A DNA stretch of 64,000 nucleotides from Candidatus Bathyarchaeota archaeon (GCA_963714275.1 CAVQNT010000003.1:222034-286033), one strand, 5' to 3'. Shown: positions 11,306-21,663, counted from the stretch's first letter. A program made the numbers and translations. Notes: generated by a model from the sequence alone, not told the origin.

Positions 11306-11378
11306 TAAATCTATACATAATTGTGCTCGAAGATAGTAAAATTTGTTGCAGGAAAGAATTTGGGTTGATATAAGCCTT

Positions 11379-11945
11379 TTAGTATTTTACGCTGAGATAG
11401 ACTAGAATAGAGAGTGCTACGCACGCAAAAAGGTCCGGCAGCATGGCGAAAGGTCCGAGACCAGAGGCGCGGAAACCGAAGGGCCACTGTAAAATTGGGT
11501 TGGACGTAATGGTGTAGAGAAGCAGAATTGTTGAGAATATTATTAATCCAATTGTGAAGCTTGACTTGGTCCTGCGGTATATGTCAATATATGTGAACAA
11601 AAGAATTATTACGAGAGTTATGTTTACCGTGGAGATCACTGTTTTGATTGTGTAGAACAGTTCTATGTCTCCAGGAGGAGACGGCTGAATCCCCCACTCT
11701 GCCAATCTTGCATTAATGGCCATTCCAATTTCTTCTAGGCTAGCACCATTTCTTCTCATGCTTTCTATGAGCTGCTCAATTTCGATTCTGTGTTCTTCAG
11801 AAAGGTTTAAGCGTTCCCACCCTTGGCGTTCCAGCGGAGAACCAAAAGGCGCGTTAATAGCCCAAATAGTGGCAAGTAGCGCCACCACTACTAAGGTCAC
11901 TAGAATAAACAATATTCTATAGTCTCGGTTCATCATGAGGCTCAT
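11379..11945 (-). CDS. Membrane protein co-encoded with ArsR-like regulator
   Basis: About four TM segments and a helical loop insert; start overlaps the regulator stop. Confidence 0.75.
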   Translation of the reverse strand: MSLMMNRDYRILFILVTLVVVALLATIWAINAPFGSPLERQGWERLNLSEEHRIEIEQLIESMRRNGASLEEIGMAINARLAEWGIQPSPPGDIELFYTIKTVISTVNITLVIILLFTYIDIYRRTKSSFTIGLIIFSTILLLYTITSNPILQWPFGFRASGLGPFAMLPDLFACVALSILVYLSVKY

Positions 11946-12265
11946 TTGTTTTCCTCCCTTTTTTCTTTTTTCCCAAATCTTTCCCAAATCTCTTCAAACA
12001 CTACGTAATTTAATTCCATTTCTGGGGACAGAAAATACGTAAGACCGTACCTGTCTCCAGCGGAAACAATTATTCTGTTCTTCTCTAAGACTTTTAGATG
12101 GTGCCTTATCGTCCGATAGTCCATTTCAATAAGGTTCGCCAACTGATTCGCATTTTTCGGAGTTTCCTTCAGAGCCAAAATTATTTGGGCGCGGCTGACT
12201 CCTCCTCTAGTGCCAGCTATGAGCCATCCTAGAACATATTTCAGTGGGCGAGCGTCATAGGACAT
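11942..12265 (-). CDS. ArsR-family winged-helix transcriptional regulator
   Basis: GTRGG.SRAQII..L...PKNANQLA..MDYRTIRHHLKVL archaeal ArsR-like pattern. Confidence 0.88.
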   Translation of the reverse strand: MSYDARPLKYVLGWLIAGTRGGVSRAQIILALKETPKNANQLANLIEMDYRTIRHHLKVLEKNRIIVSAGDRYGLTYFLSPEMELNYVVFEEIWERFGKKEKREENK

Positions 12266-12432
12266 TCGTACAGCTCCGAAAGAGTGAGGTATGGGAATTA
12301 TGTTTCTACTGAATTTATTTAGGTTATGGTAATAATAAATTCCCTTGTTATTAGGAGTTTAAGACTTGAAATAAAAGCCCATTTTTTCAGTCTAAAAACA
12401 CGTCTATTTCATAACGTTAATAATTGGATTAT

Positions 12433-12455
12433 GGCATAATTTTGAAAAATCCTTT
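12433..12455 (+). promoter_or_regulatory. Operator-like motif copy C upstream of HtrA protease
   Basis: GGCATAATTTTGAAAAATCCTTT followed by AATA (TATA box). Confidence 0.6.
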
Positions 12456-12493
12456 AATAACCATGGGTCGCTGTAAAAAATGAGGATTGGACC

Positions 12494-13735
12494 TTGGAAA
12501 CTTCCCCAAAACCGAAAATGAAAGTTTTTGTAGCTATTTTGGTTATCACCGCAGTCGCAGGACTTCTTGTTGGAGGCTGGCTTGGCTATTTTATTAGTAG
12601 CTCAACAGCTTCCGAAAGGATTGATGTCCTACAAAATGAATTGACGACGCTTCAACAACAAGTTCAGACCCTTCAAATAGTGAATAAAGTCACTTACCAG
12701 AATATTACTTATATTTTAGGAGAGAATGTTTCTCTTTCTCGACTGTACGAGCGAATCGAAAATTCCATCGTTGTGATACGAGGGCTGATATTGGAATACG
12801 ATATCTTTAGGCGTCCCTATTACACTCAAATTCAAGGAACAGGATTCGTCTACAACTTCTCTGGAGAAATGGTGATTCTCACAAACTACCATGTGGTGGG
12901 TGGCGCAATCAACGTCACAGTAACATTCGTGAACGGAAACGGGTACACCGCTTCAGTGTTGGGTTCAGATCCTTACGCGGACCTTGCAGTGCTTTCAACC
13001 GATGCGCCGTACAGTGAGTATAGTCCGCTTGAAATCGTTAACTCGTCGACCCTAATGGTTGGTGAACCAGTATTGACGGTCGGCAACCCGTATGGACTAG
13101 CAGGATCAATAACTACCGGGATAGTAAGTGCGATGGGCAGAACAATAACTGAGGAAGCGTCAGGTTCCTACGCAATAGCCGACGTTATTCAGACAACAGC
13201 TTTATTGAACCCAGGCAATTCAGGGGGTCCACTTCTGGACTACAAAGGCCAAGTCGTAGGCATAACAACAGCCATCGTAAGCGGTTCGCAGGGATTGAGC
13301 TTCGCAATTCCCTCAAACACAATATTACGTGAAATTGATTCCCTCATGTCAACGGGCTCTTACAATAAGCATTCGTGGCTGGGCGTAGCTGGGGCAGACA
13401 TGACCTATGAAATCGCAGAAGCAATGAACACCAACGTAACTTACGGATGGCTAATAACTCAAGTTACGAGCAATGGACCAGCGGACAACGCGGGTTTACG
13501 GGGCGGAACAAAACAAGTTGTGGTCGCTGGAGAATACGTCATAATTGGTGGCGACGTGATAAAAGCAGTCGACGGAACAAGAATTACGAGCATGGACGAC
13601 CTCTTAACTTATTTGGAAACATACACTGTGCCGGGACAAACAATCAACATGACGATAGTGAGAAACAACCAGATAATCACACTTCAGGTTGAATTAGGAA
13701 CACGACCTTTACTGAGCTCAGCTAGAATATTATGA
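12494..13735 (+). CDS. htrA: HtrA/DegP-family serine protease with PDZ domain
   Basis: TNYHVV, DLAVL and NPGNSGGPL triad motifs; N-terminal TM; C-terminal PDZ (GPA..AGL, GDVI). Confidence 0.93.
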   Translation: METSPKPKMKVFVAILVITAVAGLLVGGWLGYFISSSTASERIDVLQNELTTLQQQVQTLQIVNKVTYQNITYILGENVSLSRLYERIENSIVVIRGLILEYDIFRRPYYTQIQGTGFVYNFSGEMVILTNYHVVGGAINVTVTFVNGNGYTASVLGSDPYADLAVLSTDAPYSEYSPLEIVNSSTLMVGEPVLTVGNPYGLAGSITTGIVSAMGRTITEEASGSYAIADVIQTTALLNPGNSGGPLLDYKGQVVGITTAIVSGSQGLSFAIPSNTILREIDSLMSTGSYNKHSWLGVAGADMTYEIAEAMNTNVTYGWLITQVTSNGPADNAGLRGGTKQVVVAGEYVIIGGDVIKAVDGTRITSMDDLLTYLETYTVPGQTINMTIVRNNQIITLQVELGTRPLLSSARIL

Positions 13736-13917
13736 ATTTAATGACTTTTTTAGAACAAATTCACGACTATAATCGTTAAAATGGTACAAGCAAAAACCGG
13801 ATAATTGTTGTAGTCTAGATTCGTCGTTAAAGACAACTTGGTTTCTTCTTTTTTGGAAAAGCGTTATCTTCATTGTACGTGAAAGATATTAGCGGTTCAA
13901 AGTTTAAAGGTGAAAAC

Positions 13918-14680
13918 ATGACTCAGAACATTGTTTCATGTCGCCCTGCGAGTTATGGAAGATATCAAGACAAATCGTATGAGCATTTGATAAAGATTGG
14001 CATACGCCATGTTGAGTTGCCAATGCCGAAGATTCAAGATGTAAACAAAGTCCGCGAAGAGCTAGATAAGCACGGTTTGTCTGTCGCAAGCCTCGAGTCT
14101 CCCTGCAACATCCAGAATGAAAACGTAAAAGAAGAATTCAAGACCGCTATTGGAATAGCTAAAGAATTCAAGGCAAAAAGGATGTTCGTGAGCGTTCACG
14201 CTGACAAACTTGAAAAGAAAACCGCCTACGAGAGACTAAGAAAACTGGGCGACCTAGCAGCAGAGAAAGGACTCATCATTGTTCTTGAGACCCACCCGGA
14301 CTTGGTTACAAACGGCAACGTGTGCCTTCAAACCATGAAGGGCATAGACCACCCCAACGTGAAGGTAAACTACGATACTGCTAACATGCTACTTTTACAA
14401 CGAAGCCATCGATGACTTAGAGGAAATGAAGAAAATCCTAGACTACATTGAAGGCGTCCATCTGAAAGACACAAACGGAAAATACCAAACATGGCATTTC
14501 CCAGCTCTCGGCGAAGGAATCATAAACTTTGCTGAAATCCGTGGATTGCTCAACAAACGAGGCTTCTACGGACCGTTCACGATAGAGATTGAAGGAATCA
14601 AAGGTGAAAACCTCTCCCTCGCTCAGACACTTGAAAGAATGGAGAAATCCGTAAAGCACCTAAGAAAATGCGGATTCTAA
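13918..14680 (+). CDS. Sugar phosphate isomerase/epimerase, TIM barrel (frameshift near 14388)
   Basis: LETH, NYDTAN, VHLKD, GEG.INF and IEIE metal-binding motifs. Confidence 0.85.
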
Positions 14681-14787
14681 ACTACATCAATCAAATTTAC
14701 TCTATATCTTTGAGCTCACAGAAAAAAAATAGTTAATCGTTAGTTAAGCGGTGATGAGAGAAGCGATTAACAACCTTTATGATAAAA

Positions 14788-14923
14788 TGGCGCCGCCGGA
14801 CGGACTCGAACCGTCGACCTTCGAGTTAACAGCTTCAGCCTCAAAGACACATCGTCTGAGAGTCCGTTGCTCTACCGAACTGAGCTCACGCCCAAACGCC
14901 GTTTACGGTGAATGAACGGCGGC
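14788..14923 (-). tRNA. tRNA-Asn(GTT) with two introns (8/9: 14887-14915; about 30/31: 14834-14863), CCA encoded
   Basis: Acceptor stem GCCGCCG/CGGCGGC, D-arm GCTC..GAGC, anticodon loop CTGTTAA, T-arm GACGGTTCGAGTCCGTC; removing two BHB-bounded inserts restores a cloverleaf. Confidence 0.9.
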
Positions 14924-15055
14924 TCAATTGGCTCGTTTTTCAGCGGCGCATTTTAGTCTGAAAACTGCACGCTGTATTTAAAGCTTAAGCCCTCGTTCGC
15001 AGGGAAAATTCTTAAGTAAGAATCAAACCGAATAATAACTTGAGGAAAGCCTAAA

Positions 15056-15133
15056 GGGCCCGTAGCTCAGTACGGCTAGAGCGCCAGGCTCATAACCTGT
15101 TGGTCCCTGGTTCAAATCCGGGCGGGCCCACCA
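15056..15133 (+). tRNA. tRNA with CAT anticodon, probably tRNA-Ile2 (agmatidine type)
   Basis: Cloverleaf with CTCATAA loop; GGGCCCG acceptor stem is typical of archaeal Ile rather than Met tRNAs; CCA encoded. Confidence 0.85.
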
Positions 15134-15195
15134 TAATTTTTCTATCAAAATCTTTGACGGACATATGAAAATGGTATATGTTGAGTTTATGCTTT

Positions 15196-15762
15196 CTAAC
15201 TTTTTATCTGCTCAGCCTTCCACTCTTCTTTAAGTAATGAATAATATGCATCATCTCGGTATTGTCCTTCGAAGACGCTGTTTTGGCGTAGGACACTTTC
15301 CTTTTTGAAACCCAGTCTTAGAGTAAGTCTTTGTGATCGGATATTCTCAGAGTCGATTTCGGCTTGAATTTTGTTTAAATCCATGCTTTCAAAACCATAC
15401 TTCAGAACTGCACGAAGCGCCTCCGTCATGATTCCTTGCCTCCAAAAAACAGGATTCAGGTCGTACCCAATTTCACCTCGGCGCTCAATTTTCCACCAGT
15501 GGGTGAAGCCGCAGGTTCCAATCAGTCTGTGGTTGCCTTTCATGACGATTCCCCAGCGGATTCCACTGTTTTCTTTAAATGGTATAATACAGTAAAGTTC
15601 AAGTTCCTCCCGAGATGCGTCAAGATTTTTTGGTCCCGGGAAACAGCAGCCATTCACGATTTCTATGATGTTGAAATGGCGGAAATAGAACTCCGCGTCA
15701 TCAAGCGTTAACTCACGTAGAACCAGCCTATCTGTCTCTAACTGAGGAAACCTCATGTCCAT
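15196..15762 (-). CDS. GNAT acetyltransferase, RimJ/RimL family
   Basis: LETDRLVLR, GEIGY, FWRQGIMTEAL and N..S..L..RLGF motifs. Confidence 0.9.
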   Translation of the reverse strand: MDMRFPQLETDRLVLRELTLDDAEFYFRHFNIIEIVNGCCFPGPKNLDASREELELYCIIPFKENSGIRWGIVMKGNHRLIGTCGFTHWWKIERRGEIGYDLNPVFWRQGIMTEALRAVLKYGFESMDLNKIQAEIDSENIRSQRLTLRLGFKKESVLRQNSVFEGQYRDDAYYSLLKEEWKAEQIKS

Positions 15763-15795
15763 TAGCCTACTGACAAAAAGCGGTAATCAGAAATT

Positions 15796-17778
15796 TTAGG
15801 CTGGTCCTTTGTATCCAACACTATCTTTTAGGATTTGGACGGACTCTGGGTTCATTAGGGTCGTTATGTCGCCTATCGGTTGGTTCGTCGTCAAAGCCTT
15901 AAGGATTCGCCGCATGATTTTTCCGCTTCGGGTCTTCGGTAAGTCGTCCACAAGCACAATCCTTTCAGGCCTAGCTGTGGGACCGATGACCTCGGAAACC
16001 TTCTTCTTCAGCTCATCCTCCAGCTGAGGTGAACTCTTGAATCCCGCCTTCAAAGCGACAAAAGCAACCGGAACCTCGCCCTTAATATCGTGGGGCGCAG
16101 CGACCACCGCGCATTCAGCCACAGCCTGATGCTGGGCAATAGCGTTCTCAACCTCCGCCGTGGAAAGCCTGTGACCTGCAACCTTCATAACATCGTCCAC
16201 TCTGCCCGTGATGCGGAAGTTTCCCATCTGGTCGTGGACGAAGGCTCCGTCGCTGGTGTAGTAGGATCTGTCCCCGTAAACGCCGAAGTACTGCTGCTTG
16301 AACCTGTCAGGATCTTTGTAGACCGTTCTCAGCATACCCGGAGCGAATGGCGGCTTTTGAACTAGGAAGCCTCCTTCCCCGATGTTTGTTGGTTTGCCTT
16401 CTTCCGTTAGAACCGCGAACTTTGTTCCGGGGAAGGGTCTACCCGCGACAGTCGGTATGAAGGGTCCGATTCCAGGCAACGAGTTGATCAGGGTTGCGCC
16501 GGTTTCGGTTTGCCACCATGTGTCGATCACGGGGCATCTTCCTCCGCCTATGGTGTTGAGGTACCACAGCCAAGCGTCTTCGTTGATTGGTTCGCCGACT
16601 GTGCCGAGGATTCTGATGCTGCTTAAGTCGTGCTTCTTCACTAGTTCGTCACCGAGTCTCATGAGCATTCTGATCGCTGTCGGAGCCGTGTAGAAGACGG
16701 TCACCGCGTATTTCTCGACGATCTGCCACCACCTGTCTGGAGCTGGATAGTCAGGGGCTCCCTCGTAAATCAGGGTTGTGACGCCGTTCATGAAGGGTCC
16801 GTAACAATTGTAGGTGTGACCCGTGATCCAACCGATGTCGGCGGTGCACCAGAAAACGTCTTCGTCGTGAAGATCGAAGTCCCACTTAGTTGTCCAGTAA
16901 GCCTGAACAGCGTATCCGCCTAAGTGGTGTTCGATGCCCTTCGGTTTGCCTGTTGTCCCGCTCGTGTAAAGAATGAAGAGCATGTCTTCGCTGTCCATGA
17001 CCTCAGGCTCGTAGTAGAGGTCAGCCTTCTCCATCAGCTCGTGCCACCATTTGTCTCGCCCCTTGACCCAGTTTATCTCGTTTCCAAGCCGCTTAACGAC
17101 AATAACATCCTTGATTTTTGTGCCTGCGGCGCCGATGTCAGCGTTCTCTTTAAGGTTAACTGGCTTTCCCCTTCTGTAATAGCCGTCCACTGTGACGAGA
17201 ACCTTGGCTTCAGCATCAATCATCCTTTCACGCACGGACTGCCCGCTGAAAGCTGAAAAAACGACGCTGTGAACCGCGCCTATCCGCGCACAAGCCAACA
17301 TGGCGATTTGAACTTCGGGAATCATGGGCAGGTAGATGCCGACTCTGTCACCTTTTTTCACGCCTAGGCTTTTCAGAACATTCGCGAACTTGTTTACTTC
17401 TCTGTAAAGGTCTTGGAAAGTTAGGACTCGGGGCTGCTCGTAGAGCGGTTCAGGTTCCCAAATCAAAGCAGCCTTGTTCCTTTTCCAATCCAAAACGTGT
17501 CTGTCCACGGAGTTATAGCAGATGTTAAGTTTCCCACCGACAAACCACTGATAGAAAGGCGGATTCTCCTTGTAGGTTTCGGTCCAATCCTTGAACCATG
17601 TAATGCCTTCTTTCGCAAGTTTGCCCCACCAAGCGACAGGGTCCTTCGCTGCCTCCGCGTAAATGGACTCATCATTTACCCACGCCCGTTTCTTTAGTCC
17701 TTCAGTAGGCCAAAAAACGTTCTTTTTCTTGGAATCCTCAACAATCCATTTGACAGGTTTCAGCTTCATATCCGACAC
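15796..17778 (-). CDS. acs: AMP-forming acetyl-CoA synthetase
   Basis: [25 protein letters not shown] and PKTRSGK motifs. Confidence 0.95.
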   Translation of the reverse strand: MSDMKLKPVKWIVEDSKKKNVFWPTEGLKKRAWVNDESIYAEAAKDPVAWWGKLAKEGITWFKDWTETYKENPPFYQWFVGGKLNICYNSVDRHVLDWKRNKAALIWEPEPLYEQPRVLTFQDLYREVNKFANVLKSLGVKKGDRVGIYLPMIPEVQIAMLACARIGAVHSVVFSAFSGQSVRERMIDAEAKVLVTVDGYYRRGKPVNLKENADIGAAGTKIKDVIVVKRLGNEINWVKGRDKWWHELMEKADLYYEPEVMDSEDMLFILYTSGTTGKPKGIEHHLGGYAVQAYWTTKWDFDLHDEDVFWCTADIGWITGHTYNCYGPFMNGVTTLIYEGAPDYPAPDRWWQIVEKYAVTVFYTAPTAIRMLMRLGDELVKKHDLSSIRILGTVGEPINEDAWLWYLNTIGGGRCPVIDTWWQTETGATLINSLPGIGPFIPTVAGRPFPGTKFAVLTEEGKPTNIGEGGFLVQKPPFAPGMLRTVYKDPDRFKQQYFGVYGDRSYYTSDGAFVHDQMGNFRITGRVDDVMKVAGHRLSTAEVENAIAQHQAVAECAVVAAPHDIKGEVPVAFVALKAGFKSSPQLEDELKKKVSEVIGPTARPERIVLVDDLPKTRSGKIMRRILKALTTNQPIGDITTLMNPESVQILKDSVGYKGPA

Positions 17779-17913
17779 GCTCAGTTAAAGACGTATTGGC
17801 GGTTCATAATGTTATGAAAGATATAAACCTTTTTCAGTAAAAAATGATTAAAACAACTAACGCTTTTTAAAAAAAGAAAAAATTAAGATAATGACATCTT
17901 TCTGGACAATGGT

Positions 17914-19813
17914 TTATATGAAGTCTGCGAGTGTTGTTTTGGGTTCTTCGTCGAAAGACAAGTTCATGGGCTTGAAGGTTTGGTTAAGCGCGGTTCTAAG
18001 GTTCCTAACGTAGTCGTCCATGTTCACTTCGCGAGAATCCCTCACAAGCTCAACAGGCTTCACGCTGAACATTTTTCCATGGTAGCTGAAGGGCTTAACC
18101 TTCACGAACGAGACCGCCTCTCCTAAACGGACCTCTTTCTGCCTGTCCGCGAGCTGAACAGCGCACTGGTATGGTTGATGATAAAAGTCATCGCCGCTGG
18201 GTTTCTCGGAAACATCAAAATGCAACTTAACTGTGTAGACTAAGTCTTCAAGCGGAACCTTCCCGGACTGGAGATTCGTGATGGCACGTTTAACAATTCC
18301 TCTAATGTTTTCTTTGGCTGCCTCAAACTCCGTCCAGTTCCTCGCAGCGACCAGTTCTTTCACGCAGTCCATGAACACGTTCCTAATGAAAAGAGGCGAA
18401 TTGGACTTTATGGCTGTCAACCCCTTAACGTCAGCGGTCCCGTCCTTCATGATTCCGAAGTACGCTTTCATGGCTCTAGGCAAAACGCAGACAGAATAAA
18501 CCTTGTCAACAGCAAGGTCCAAACGAAGGTCTTTTTTTACCCTTCGAATAAGGTTGCTAATGTTAGCTTCAGATGGACCGTCCAAGAAAAGGGAATCCGT
18601 GTCCCCATAAAGCGGCTTTAAACCTTCCTCTTCGGCTATGTGCCAGCTTTGACGCAAGGCATGTCTGCCATAAGCGGTTATCGATTCCGCGAGAGTCGGC
18701 TGAGCCAAACCGTGAATTCTCACAGTGACCCCATAGCTTGCGACCAAAATGAGTTTAAGAAGCCTTGACGCCGCCTCAGACTAGATGCCTCTCCTCGTTT
18801 GAAACTGAGGTGTCTCTGGATAACGGCTTAAACCAGTGTATACGGAGGTCTTTTAATGCGCCGGTTAGTATTGAGTAGATTCCTCGTCTTTTCTTGCACA
18901 CGTGATGTTTTTCGCCTGGAACCTGATTCTCAACGCATTCCTCGTGGTCGCAGTCAACGGTTTCGTACGATAAGTTATAAGCGTCAATCAAGCTTGGATA
19001 AAGACTTTCAAAATCCACAACCACCGTATCAAAGTATGTTCCAGCTTTAGGCTGAAACGTTAAGGCTCCAGGAACGCCGCGTACGGTTTGTCCTTTTCGA
19101 AGCTCAGACGACCTAGGAATCAGAACGTTCTTCCTACGTAAGTAAAAATGCAGAATGGACCTTATCCAAGTGCTCACTTGACGGTTAGAAAAAGCCTCAG
19201 GCAAAGGCAGGTTCGCAACCCTCGACAAAAGAAAAGCCAAGTAAACCTTTTCGTAATCAACAGTCTCGGTGACCCCGAACTCCTTTAACGGAACTTGCGG
19301 TACAGGCTGGGAACAAAGCGTGAACCAGTGCTCCAGCATCTCGTACTTTTGTGGATCAGCCACTTTGATGTCTGAAAATTTTTCGTTGAACCTTTCCTCT
19401 AGGGAGCCACTGACCTTCCATGCAGGTTTAATTTTGCCCCCTTCCAGATTGTAGGGCGCACTAAAAACTAAGCCATGGTCATAAACGTAACTGAGCAGGT
19501 ACGGAATTCGGTCTTCCCACTTCTCTTCGAAAAGCTTGGAGGCTGCTACAAGCTGCGCTGAATCATCGGCTTCCACACGAGTCATCATCCGCTTTTCGTC
19601 TGAAAAAAGGTCTGTCTTCTCAACCGTGCATGTTTTAACACTCATGCTTTGAAGGATTACCTCGTCTTTGCTGGTGAGTGGGCTGTGTAAAAGAAAGAAC
19701 GGCTTATAGGCATCATCTTTAATCTTCTGCGTCGCCCCCGTTAAACCATTAAGGACATGCAATGTTATTACGTTTTTATCCGATGAACCGTTCAACAAAT
19801 AGTGAAGACTCAA
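17914..19813 (-). CDS. polB: Family B DNA polymerase, PolB1-like, lacking the exonuclease domain (frameshift near 18780)
   Basis: DFESLYPS, YNLSYET, KLILVASYG, YGDTDS and K.YFG motifs; about 630 aa when joined. Confidence 0.88.
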
Positions 19814-19877
19814 ACCAATCAGCCTACCATAAGGTTAAGGTAAGACAAATATTAAACAATTTAAAACCAAACATAGG

Positions 19878-19951
19878 TGGGCCGAGCCGGATTCGAACCA
19901 GCGATCTTCGCCGTGTGAGGGCGACGTCCTAACCAGCTAGACTATCGGCCC
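19878..19951 (-). tRNA. tRNA-Val(CAC)
   Basis: Cloverleaf GGGCCGA...TCGGCCC-A with anticodon loop CTCACAC. Confidence 0.93.
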
Positions 19952-20068
19952 GAACATGTCTTTTTATGGTGTTCTGCCTTTTTTGTTTTACACTTTTTGT
20001 GTGTTTTTAGGTTTTTGGCTTTTTAACATCATCCGTTGTTTGTTGGAAACCATAACGCTTATAAGAAC

Positions 20069-20114
20069 GTAAACCATTTACGTAAATGGTTTACATATAA
20101 TGTAAACGGTTTAC
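20069..20114. promoter_or_regulatory. Three GTAAA-N3-TTTAC palindromic sites downstream of a TATA box
   Basis: Perfect 26-bp palindrome GTAAACCATTTACGTAAATGGTTTAC (20069-20094) plus GTAAACGGTTTAC (20102-20114); TATA CTTATAAG at 20058-20065. Confidence 0.75.
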
Positions 20115-20132
20115 ATAACGAAGAGAACAAAG

Positions 20133-20702
20133 ATGAATGAAAAAGAAGAATGGAAAGACACGTACAAAAAAACCATCCAAGACTGGAAAGAACAATACAA
20201 CAAAGCGATCGAAGACTGGAAAATAAAAATGGGAGACGTAAAGCAGCATGTCAGGTCAAACATACCAGAGGGCGCAATCCATGTAGATGTTCCTATGCCT
20301 ATGCCTATGCCTTCCCAATTTCAATTTCACACCGGAAGATCAAACGTTATTGCTTCGCGCATCGGCGACGAGGAACTACGGTCCATTGACTTGCTAGTTG
20401 AGGTGGGGCTCTTCGAAACCCGGTCAGAAGCCGTAGCGTACCTTGTGAGGGAAGGAGTCAAAGCACGTAAAGACATACTCGGCAAAGTTACATCAGCCCT
20501 TGAAGACATTCGGAAGCTACGGAAAGAAGCTGAAGAGCAAGTCGCAGACCTACGAAAAAATGTTGTTATGACAGAACCCCAAGAATCCGAAAAACCTGAA
20601 GACCAGAGCAGAATGTGCCTGAAATGCGGGAAGGATTTATCGGAGCTTCCTGAAGGCATAGCGATCTGTCCGTATTGTGGCACAAAAGTCAAAAAAGACT
20701 AA
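20133..20702 (+). CDS. Ribbon-helix-helix protein with coiled coils and C-terminal double CxxC zinc ribbon
   Basis: NVIASRI...IDLLVEVGLFETRSEAVAYLVREG (RHH), CLKC and CPYCG. Confidence 0.8.
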   Translation: MNEKEEWKDTYKKTIQDWKEQYNKAIEDWKIKMGDVKQHVRSNIPEGAIHVDVPMPMPMPSQFQFHTGRSNVIASRIGDEELRSIDLLVEVGLFETRSEAVAYLVREGVKARKDILGKVTSALEDIRKLRKEAEEQVADLRKNVVMTEPQESEKPEDQSRMCLKCGKDLSELPEGIAICPYCGTKVKKD

Positions 20703-20895
20703 ACACGCAAGCAATCTGGCACATTCCATTTCTTTTTTTATTTTTTTGGGGGACATTCTTTTTTGGCTAAATTAAGGAGTTGTGGCACCGAAACCTTTAT
20801 TAATTCGCCTTTTATCAAATATAATTTGATGAAAATAAAAATTAATTCAAAATGCATAAAATTAAATTCGATGTCTCAAAGAGGTGACAAATAAA

Positions 20896-21009
20896 ATGTT
20901 CAGAATAAAATTATGTAATGTAACAAAAGAATACGCAAAAATGGCGTTAACCGTCATCGGAAGCGTCACCATAGGATACGTCTTATTCTTCATACTGGCT
21001 TTACTCTAA
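20896..21009 (+). CDS. 37-aa single-TM small protein (not in the ORF track)
   Basis: GAGGTGA ribosome site, then MFRIKLCNVTKEYAKMALTVIGSVTIGYVLFFILALL; AT-rich promoter upstream. Confidence 0.55.
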   Translation: MFRIKLCNVTKEYAKMALTVIGSVTIGYVLFFILALL

Positions 21010-21063
21010 GCAGCAGTTAGGCGAAAAGACTAAATTTGGGCTCCCATTTCTTTCAAAGCGTAA

Positions 21064-21138
21064 GGGCCCGTAGCCTAGCCAGGATGGGGCGTCGGCCTCC
21101 TAAGCCGATGGTCCTGGGTTCAAATCCCAGCGGGCCCG
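21064..21138 (+). tRNA. tRNA-Arg(CCT)
   Basis: Cloverleaf with anticodon loop CTCCTAA and T-loop GGTTCAAATC. Confidence 0.93.
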
Positions 21139-21190
21139 CTATCCGTGGCGTATTCCTGTTATTAACTTGCGACTTTTTTGGGGATAGATT

Positions 21191-21616
21191 TTATGTTGAC
21201 TGTTCGGGCTCCACTATGACTGCTGTTCCTGTGGCTGAGATGACGATAACGCTTAGAAGGTCGGAAGACTCCATGTCCAGACCGATGACTGCGTTTGCGC
21301 CCATTTGTTGGGCTTGCTCCCTCATCCGCTGTATGGCTTCGACTCTGGCCTTCTCAATCTCGTAGGTGAAGGCTGAAACTTCTCCTCCGACCATCGATTG
21401 TATGCCCGCCACGAATTTTCCGCCTACTCCACGGGTCCTAGCTGTCATGCCCGTTACAACTCCAAGGATTTTTTTTACCTTGTAGCCTGGCATGGTAGGC
21501 GTGGTCGCCACAAGAAACTCTGTTGATGCAGGTTGTGAACCGACCGTTGCTCCGCAGCTTGTGCAGAATTTTGTTCCTTCAGGCATTTGTGCCCCACATT
21601 TTTGGCAGAAAGGCAT
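21191..21616 (-). CDS. Zinc-ribbon plus YbjQ/heavy-metal-binding domain protein
   Basis: FCQKCG..FCTSCG followed by a YbjQ-like region (GGEV, A..MGANAVIG). Confidence 0.85.
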   Translation of the reverse strand: MPFCQKCGAQMPEGTKFCTSCGATVGSQPASTEFLVATTPTMPGYKVKKILGVVTGMTARTRGVGGKFVAGIQSMVGGEVSAFTYEIEKARVEAIQRMREQAQQMGANAVIGLDMESSDLLSVIVISATGTAVIVEPEQST

Positions 21617-21663
21617 CCATACTCACCTAGAACATTTTTGTTTCACTAAACATATATGCGTTT

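Noticed and set aside
10947-11336. 129-aa plus-strand ORF and similar antisense ORFs (e.g. 36071..36652, 57552..58124)
   Set aside because: They overlap promoters or well-supported genes on the opposite strand and show no recognisable motifs.
15056-15133. tRNA-Met
   Set aside because: The acceptor stem GGGCCCG matches archaeal Ile tRNAs, and initiator features (A1-U72, three G-C anticodon-stem pairs) are absent.
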